A stretch of 64,000 nt of DNA, from contig CM022674.1 of NCBI GenBank assembly GCA_012295275.1, positions 17,608,001 through 17,672,000 of the forward strand, read 5' to 3'. Shown here one piece after another: positions 52,309-64,000 of the stretch (position 1 is its first letter; every line of letters begins with the position of its first letter). A program made the translations under genes and the position numbers. The notes under the pieces are model-generated. The model saw only the letters and a list, made by a program, of their open reading frames with translations. It was not told where the DNA came from and ran no database searches. Origin of the DNA: Chrysomallon squamiferum. Its lineage: Eukaryota; Animalia; Mollusca.

Positions 52309-53624
52309 ATTTTAGTATTATTTGATTGTTCGTTTTATTTTTATTTATTTATAGTTATGTTGACGCATATATATATATTGAAATAAATAAATTAATAAAT
52401 AAATAAAACAGGGACAAATTTAAATAAATAATTCAACAAATAATCAAATGAACACACAAACAAACAAACTGAAATAAAGAACGAAAATGTTTTTCTTTTA
52501 TTACAGAGATAACACGAATTGTTTTCAAATCTACAGACAACACTGGTAGAAGTTTCAGGAATGTTTCCTCCACAAAATACATTTTTATATCAGCAGTGAG
52601 GATCATTTTACAAACTATTTTATACAGTACAACACATACTATAATTTTTATATAAAGTCAGCACTAGCAAACACGAATGTGATAAAGACAAACTCGATAA
52701 AGCTGCGATCGATCCTAATAATCTACCGGTATCAGGAGAACTTTTCAAATACCAGTAATAGTTCTCGTTTTTATATTATCATAAATTTATCTTTATCCAG
52801 AACACGAATTAAAATAAAATAATTCAGCAACATTTGCTTACATAAATTTAAATTTAACAACTCTTTCCAAAGAAAACAATTATAAAACTAAATTTAACAA
52901 GTGTTATAAATTTACATTTAGCAATTGTTTCAAAATTATATGTAATAAATGCTAAAAGAAATAAACAATTCAGATATTTTCTTTCTGGTTTTTTTTTTTT
53001 TTTTATGACATTGTTTTCAGTATTTTGATTAAACAAAACATTCCTGTAAATTGGAATAGTGTTTCGTTTTTTATTTTTATTTCATTTCTCAAGTTAATAA
53101 TTTAGGCTAGCACTATTGTATCGTTTCAACTAATAAAACTGTTTTAATTAAAAAAAGACGACTGTAGAGTTTTCATTACAGTTTTAGTTCAAAACAGAAG
53201 TTGTTGGAATTTTCACCACAGATTTAATTCAAATCCGAAGATACTCGAATTTTCTTTACAGTTTTAGTTAGAAGGTGAAGATGAATGAATTTCCATTATA
53301 ATTTTAGTTCAGAAAAGCAAATGGTGGAATTTTCAGTACAGTTTGAATTCAAAACAGAAATAGGTCGAATTGTCATAACAGTTTTCGTTCAAAATTGAAG
53401 GTGGTCGAATTTTCTTTAGAGATTTAGTCCAAAACAGGAGATTGTGAAATTTTCATTACATTTTTAGTTCAAAACAGAAGACGGTCATTTTTGTAATTAC
53501 AGATATAACTTTAGTCAGAAGACAGACAAATGTTCCTAAAACTATTTGTTCAAAACAGAAGATGGTGGAATTTCTATTACCGTTTCAATGTATAACAGAA
53601 GATGTTCAAATTCTCAATTCTGAT

Positions 53625-56043
<2,419 letters not shown>

Positions 56044-56728
56044 TTTATAAATGGTATCAATGTCGAAATTCAGATATCTGTTTTCAGAACTAAATTAATC
56101 TAATTATATAAAGAGAATTTAATTGTTATTTCAGAGAGCCAAATAAACTAATAATTTCTTCTACTAATGTTTCCAAGACACTGTCACTACCAAACTGAAC
56201 TCTTCAAATATATTAAACGTTTGACACAAGCTTCTGTTTTCAGTCCTGTGTTAAATAAAACCTTTTCTAATAATTCCTGCAGCTTCTCTTCGTTCAGCTC
56301 AAAAATACAGAAGCCAAATAGAATGGTAATCACATTCGGTTAACAAGTATTTGATGCTACAGTGAATATGGATAATTTAATTAATAATGTAGTGATTATG
56401 GATATTTTTGTGTAATTCGTACTGATTCTTTCAATTCATCTGAAAGAAATAGAAGGCGAACAGAATTGTTTATTCGTATAATAGTCATCAGGGAAATGAT
56501 CATTTGAAATATGATTTGTTCTGTCTTGCTTCAGCGATTGGTTTAGGGCGAAATGTTTGTTATCTTTCTTTTTGTTGCTGTATCTTTGTGGGTTTTTGTT
56601 ACTGAGGGGAGTGTGTGTTTATATGGTTGTTCTGTTTATTTGTTACTGAGTCATGTTGTTGCTTTTGTTGTTCGTACTGTTCTTTTATTGTATTAATATA
56701 TATTTGTAAGTGTATATCGTGTGGGATC

Positions 56729-57115
56729 TAGTAGGTTTAGAGGAAGCTAGTATGTACATCTTGTTAATTTTTTAGTAGTAGTAATTGTAGTAATAGTATA
56801 GTAGGTTTAGAGATAGCTAGCATATATATCTTGTTAATTTTTTTGTAATAGTAATTGTAGTAACAGTATAGTAGGTTTAGAGGAAGCTAGTATATACATC
56901 TAGTTAATGTTTTAGTTGTTGTAATTATAGTAATAGTATAGTAGGTTTAGAGGAAGCTAGTATATCTAGTTAATGTTTTAGTTGTAATTATAGTAATAGT
57001 ATAGTAAGTTTAGAGGTAGCGAGTATGTACATTTTGTTAATTTTTTAGAAGTAGTAATTGTAGTAACAGTAAAGTAAGTTTAGAGGTAGCTAGTATGTAC
57101 TTCTTGTTAATTTTG
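56729..57115. repeat. Minisatellite of about 70 bp, about 5.5 copies
   Basis: tagtaggtttagaggaagctagtatgtacatcttgttaa... recurs at 56729, 56799, 56869, 56939, about 57002 and about 57071. Confidence 0.9.
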
Positions 57116-57334
57116 TTCTAATGTCACTAAACAAAAGTCAAATCAAATCACCTTTTCATACTGCTGGTTCTGAAAATGATTCCATTCCATGGGATAAAAG
57201 TTATATCCCCAGAAATGGTTTCGTATTAACTGGGATTTGAACGCTATCTTCACCCCACACATTTTCCCATATCAGCAGCGTCTGATTCTCATTTATCCAA
57301 ATTAGTCTGTGATCTGATGATAATAATTACAAAA

Positions 57335-57369
<35 letters not shown>

Positions 57370-57406
57370 AAGAAAACAAAAATAAATAAACAAACAAATA
57401 AATAAA

Positions 57407-57479
<73 letters not shown>

Positions 57480-58024
57480 CATACACAGAGAATAAAAGAA
57501 AGAGGGAGAAACAGAGAGAGACACAGAGAAATAGAGAGAGAATGACAGCTGTGTGAGAACTACAGCGAGACAACGATTCTTTCTCTGAATTAGCAAACTC
57601 AGCTGAAATTAATCGTGGAGTAAGCTTTAATCTGATGGTGCCTAGAGAACTTGCATTTGCCTTGTTTGATCTGTATCTGGTATGAATGGAAATCAGATAC
57701 CGAATTTCTTGTTTATGGTGCGTTTCTTGCCCGTAACGTCCTAAAACTTTAACCTACGTTCACCCATGAAAGACCTCCTAAAAAACTTGAACAACGAGTA
57801 CGCAAATTTCACAAAGCTGTCACTTGAAATTCATTAACCTAATTATTAATTTATGAAGAGTTCGGGACGCCAACATTGAATATTAAACGGGTAGAACTGG
57901 TGTTTTATATCGTTGTGTGAATGACCGAACCACTTTTGAAACGAGTTAGTGGTACAGTCCACCCGCTTCAGAAATGTCTACCTTAAACTGAAGAAGCTTG
58001 AAATTATATTTATTTATTTATTAT

Positions 58025-58375
58025 ATGTTATATTATATTATATTATATTGTATTATCTTATATTATATTATATTATATTATATTATATTATATTATATTG
58101 TATTATCTTACATTATATTTACATTACTATAATATAATAAATAGAATAAAATAGCACAGTATAACACATACTGCATAATATAGTATAGAATAAATAGTAT
58201 AATATAAATATAGTAGAATATAATATAGTATAGTATAGTATAGTAAAGTATAGCATAGTATAATATAATATAGTATAGTATAGTATAGTATAGTATAGTA
58301 TAGTATAGTATAGTATAGTATAGTATAGTATAGTATAGTATAGTATAGTATAGCATAGCATAGTATAGTACAGTA
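58025..58375. repeat. (TATTA)n followed by (TAGTA)n pentamer microsatellites
   Basis: Direct inspection. Confidence 0.9.
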
Positions 58376-58602
58376 TTTCAAATGTCTTTAAAACTGGAAC
58401 CTCTGCACTCAACAATAATAACAGTAAAACAAGTTTTAGTAAAACTGAAATAACACAAACATCTATTCAATTCAAGGAAAGAATCATTTGTTCACTTTAA
58501 AAATATGTCTCATCTGATTATTGAATTTTTTCATTATACTTTTCCAGTTCTTAACCTCTACCTCCATCCCTCCTATGTTTCTAATTTATTGGATTTTTAA
58601 AC

Positions 58603-58649
<47 letters not shown>

Positions 58650-58969
58650 TAAATAAATAAATAAATAAATAAATAAATATTGTAAAAATCCGTCCTCTGC
58701 TCTCTGAAGTTTTGTGAGCCAAGTCAAGAAGACTATTTTAGCAATTACTAGTTTACCTTTCAGATACAGAGACTTGTTGTAATGTGTTAATTCTGTTTAA
58801 TATTATTTATTCATTATTTAGTCTGGAAGAGAGAATTCTAAACACCAAGATGTAACATACTGTTATTAATTAATGCGTTTTGATTAAAATCTAACATAAA
58901 ATACTGTTGATATGTATATATATACAACAGAGAAACATACAGACTCTATTCATTAAGAGATTTGTAATG

Positions 58970-59008
<39 letters not shown>

Positions 59009-59106
59009 AATGTGAAAGTATTCACTTTAAATTAATCATTATTTTATTTCTTTTCTCAAGATATTTAATTTTGGTTTCTAGTATATTGTAAATATTTGGT
59101 AGACTC

Positions 59107-59176
<70 letters not shown>

Positions 59177-59926
59177 AAGAAGATGATGATGAATGATGAT
59201 GAAGAAAAAAAAAAAACAGAAGTAGAAATTATTAATTAATTAAATTATTTTCCAGCATATATGAAACAACATATCTATCTGAAGAGAGGTCACACTAATT
59301 AGATAAAATTATAAATACAAATAAAAAATTAAAATTTACAGACCTTGTGCTGAACCTGTAACTAACGCCACCCCTATTACAACAACCTGCCAATACAGGG
59401 CACCCATCATAGTTGTCTGCCCGAGCGTTAATCTTTAACGTCCAAAAGGCACTGATGTTTTAGTTTAACTTCCCCGACAAACGACGCTTTTCTAGTAAAT
59501 ATCCACCCGTATTTCACCCACATATTAATCAAGGAGGAAGGCGTTCGTCTGGTCTTTCAAAATAAAAATAGATACCTCAGTTACACTGGCAGTGATCATG
59601 GCAGAACGAAAACCGGTTAAGCAGGGTTTTTTTGTTACGACGTAAAGTGACGGTTCATGATTCGGTGTGTTATTGTTTTTATTTTTATTTTTTTAAATAT
59701 TTATTGATTTTATTTGTATTTATTTCTTTACTTTTTTTGCCTATTGTTATGGACATTTTTGTTGTTTTATTGTTATTATTGTTTATTATTATTAGTAGTA
59801 TTATTAATATTAATACTACTATAATAACAACTGCTACATTATTATTAGCATCATCAAGAACATTATCATCATATTTATTACTTAGTTATACATTTTTCTT
59901 TTTATTAGATTGCTTCGCTGTTTTTA

Positions 59927-59972
<46 letters not shown>

Positions 59973-60378
59973 TTCCCTATCATTACCTTTCTCAAATTTT
60001 ATATTAAAAACATTCATAAATAGCTCAGTTTCAAAATGATGTCAAGAGGTTTATTGTAACGGCTATGAGGAAAACAATTAAAATAGCAAAAACAACTTTA
60101 CCGTGTGCAAATGGTTGTATACGTATACACATATGCTTGCGCAGCATTTGTGTCGGTTTGTATGCATGTCAGTATGTATGCATGTGTTTTAGTGCATCTG
60201 TGTTGAAAAAAATATCAGACTGTTATTTCACTAGGGTTTGTTTGTTCTGTTGTTATTTTACTTTTGTTTTTTTCAAGATTTTTCCTTATACTGTCACAGC
60301 TTATTTGTAACCTTTTTGAAACGATATTTACTCAGAATTATTTTCTTTTCAATGATGATGATGATGATGACGTCGATG

Positions 60379-60413
<35 letters not shown>

Positions 60414-60697
60414 CAACAATGTTATCGTCATCATCAACATCATCATTATTATTAAAAGCTAATAACTGAAAACAGAAACAGTTTTCTTTTACAAAATATT
60501 AGTTTAAGTTTATTTTTCTGTTAGTCTCTGTATTTAAAAATATACACATAAGTAAAGCTATAAATGTTATCACAATTATGTTATGATAATAAGAGAAACA
60601 CTAGTATGTTAAATTCACTTTTTTTAAATTAAGTACATATATGCACATTGAACATACATACATACATACACACCTACATACTTTGATAAATTTTGAT

Positions 60698-60732
<35 letters not shown>

Positions 60733-61072
60733 GATGCATTCATATATATATATATATACACACACATATGCATACATACATAATCTAATGGATATGAAGA
60801 GACGTAACGACAGATACATAATAAAGTGTAAAATAAAGAACGTAAGAAGTAAAGTCAGACGTAATCAGTAAACAGATTAGTAGTTAGACACAGTTTGTCT
60901 TCTGGAATGATATCTTTACATTTAATGAAAGTCACAGCAATAAACAAAACAGATAATTAAATGTTCATCTTAAAATATAATTATTAGATTAGCTGATATT
61001 AACATCTTAAATATTCTAATTTATCAAAGTGTATACATTATAATTTAATGTTAAATGTTTCCATACTTCAGT

Positions 61073-61876
61073 TTATATATTTCCAGAAACTTCATCTTCA
61101 GAAATATTTTTCTCTTGTTTCTTTGGTTTCTTTACCTCAGTGTAAATATCTCCAGAAATGTTTTCTGCGTCTTTCTCTTTAGACTTGTCTGGTTTCTGAA
61201 CGAGCGTGTAGACGTCACCAGATGGCGCAGTCTTTGCAGGAAGTCTGTTCTTCTTCTTGGTTTTATCAACCACGGCGTACAGGTCGCTTTGTGCAGTCAC
61301 ATTTTCTTCGCCTGTTTTCTTATCTTTCTTTCCTTTCTTATTCTTGTTAACCTTAGCGTACATACCAGCGTTGTCGTCGAAACCAGTTTCGCCCTCTACG
61401 TTATCATAATCGTTTCTGTTCCCGTGTTTAGATTTCAGAGCTTTGCTTACGTTATCTTCATTACTTTTAGATTCAATCGTTGTCGCTTCGTCTTCCACTG
61501 TGGCATAATCATCTGAAGGACAGTTAACAGACTTCACGCTGTTTCCCTTATAGTAGAGATCATTTCTAATCAGCTCTACGTCTGTTACGATTTCTTCGGG
61601 TCTTTTGTTTGTTTCGTTGTTCTTGGGGGCTCTGGTATCTGGGTCTATGTTGTAGTAATCAATCTCAGACTGCTGATTGGTTTTCTGTCCACGGTTTCTT
61701 AAAATTAAATAAATAAAATTTCATGTAAAAACGAAGAAAACAGTTATAACTTGATCAATATTTCTTTAGCTGCTTAGTAATCAAGTTTTATGTTTTATTT
61801 ATCATAGAAGATCATCATTCACAGAATTATTATAATTTCGTTAGCAATAGAACTGTTCTTCTTGTTGCTGTTTTTC

Positions 61877-61907
<31 letters not shown>

Positions 61908-63751
61908 TTATTATTATTGTTGTTGTTGTCATTGTTATTATTATTGTTATTGTTGTTGTTGTTCTGGCTTATCTAGTGTTAGGAAGAGAAGATTATGTTT
62001 CTGTTTGTTTTAACGGCAAGATAAAATTTAAGAAAAAGATGAATCAACAAATCTAAATAATTTTATTGCTTACCTTTTAACAAAAACGACAATTAAGATG
62101 ACAACAACTGCAACTAACACGACGCCACCAGCAGCTCCGCCGACAGCTGCAACTAAACAAAGAAGCATAAGTGCCGTTGTAATTTTAATTAATAAGATTA
62201 ATTACAGCTCAAGAATTTAAAACAAATAAATACATAAATAAATAAACCATTTTTAAAAAGTTATCATGATCATAATCATCATCGTCATCATTATTATTAA
62301 TATTGTTGTTGTTGTTGGTGGTGGTGGTCGTCGTCGTCGTGGTGCATACAGTATGCACATACAGAACAAAATTTGGTTATCAGTAAGCATTAAATTGTTT
62401 GAAGATTTATTCCTAAAAGAAAGCAAAAGAAAATAGAAAGAGAGAAAGAGGCAAAGATATACAGATACAGTGACAAACAGATAGACAGATAGACAGATCA
62501 TAAACAGGCTTATACACGGATGAATGCACACATGGATGGATATAGATTGATAAATGGACCGACAGAGACTAAGCTCTGTATATGCACATGTATGTATATA
62601 TTCGGAATAATAGAATTATCGATGTAGGTATATCTATTACAAAAAAAAAAAGTGGTGAAAAGAAGTTAACTGTAGATTCGGAAAGTATTTAACATAATTA
62701 TGTTTAGCAAAAAAAAATTTAAAATGTTTGAAGATTAGTCTAATGAAGAATGTGTAGTACACAAATTATTTTATTCGATATTTTCTATGAAGGTAAAACT
62801 AAAAAGTAATACCTGGAAAACCCTGTTTTTCTTTCTCAGCTGCTAATTTACCTGTCACATCGTCCGTCGATGTAACGGTTTCTTGTCCTGACCTAGTAGT
62901 ACTACTGATGATTGTAGCTTTGGTTGTGCTGCCTGTTTGTGAATAGCACTGAACACGTAAACTACCTAGAGGAAAACAGGATAGACTAGGCTGTATAATT
63001 CATGTAGCATGCATTTAACAATATAATAGAAGTTTTAAAACTTACATACATACATACGTACATAGAAACATACACACATGCATTCAAAAATATATACGTA
63101 CTTACGTATATAAACACGTACAAACATAATACATATACATGTATAAACACACACATTATACACACACATACATACAATCTTACATAAACGTACATGCTCC
63201 CACAAACACAAATATATACATATATACAGACTCAGACAGGCACTAATAAAATTTGTTTCTTAAAAATTGAAAGGTTTGATAAATATATCTCAAATAAACA
63301 AAAAATGAAATTAACAAAGAAATTAAGATAAACAAAAGAAACACACACACACAAACCAATAATTTCATTAACATGTAAAGGAAATTGTCTGCTAAAAATG
63401 CGTCTATACCTGAACCTCCAGTGTTCCAGAAATTGATGCAGAAAGTTGATCTCACTGGAGCAGAGTCGGCCTTAAGACGTAACAGATATCCTTTACTATC
63501 AATAACATGTTTGTATGTTGTTTTACTTCCACTGCTTCTACATAAAAATGATACAGAAGTTGTTGGCTCTTCTATAGTTAAAGTAGATTTACAGTTTTCT
63601 TCAGAATCTTGAATCTGTACAAAACCAATCTGAGTTGTTTGTGTTGAGTGAAGAGAACAGTTACAAGTGATACTCGTGTTTTCTGTTACAAACACGTCAA
63701 GATAGAAACCTTGAATATGACTGATTACTTCAGCTTTACACATATGTATCA
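61073..63751 (-). CDS. 3' part of a type I membrane receptor; exons 63410-63751, 62813-62965, 62074-62152, 61073-61697; 5' end lies beyond the window
   Basis: Cys-containing beta-rich ectodomain, S/T-rich stalk, TM VAAVGGAAGGVVLVAVVVILIVVLLKR and a tail with many Tyr motifs; all splice phases consistent. Confidence 0.85.
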
Positions 63752-63761
63752 CTGAAATAAC

Positions 63762-63809
<48 letters not shown>

Positions 63810-64000
63810 TAATAATAATAATAATAACACATCAAAAAATAATATAAATAATTTTATTATATCATAACCATTCATTATTAATTATTATTATTACGATCAA
63901 AATTATATTTATCATCATATTATCATTATTAATTTATTGGTAGTCATTATCATTATTCATAGTATTATTATTAGTATTATTATTAGAATTAGTAGTAGTA

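Overview
AT-rich, microsatellite-dense, intron-containing animal DNA. The gene families and repeat types suggest a mollusc, possibly a gastropod (inference). Manual exon reconstruction gives six genes or gene parts: (1) the last two exons of an unknown + strand gene, following a 53-bp satellite; (2) a decayed minus-strand gene encoding PHD-like finger + USP (C19) + Ulp1/SENP (C48) protease domains, with a solo LTR in an intron; (3) a large minus-strand NLR-like gene with an N-terminal low-complexity region, a RIPK3-like RHIM on its own 87-bp exon, an nSTAND3-type NTPase and a long array of near-identical ankyrin repeats, plus a triplicated promoter/first exon, a duplicated basic exon and nested hAT transposons; (4) a signal peptide + MRH (M6P-receptor homology)-like ectodomain followed by the C-lobe of a TKL kinase; (5) a PAN/apple + fibrinogen-domain gene with two broken splice donors; (6) the 3' part of a type I receptor with repeated YxxV-K motifs. 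The window reads as a rapidly evolving innate-immunity cluster. The best candidate for an undescribed system is the RHIM-nSTAND3-ankyrin receptor. All domain calls come from motif recognition by eye; no database search was run.
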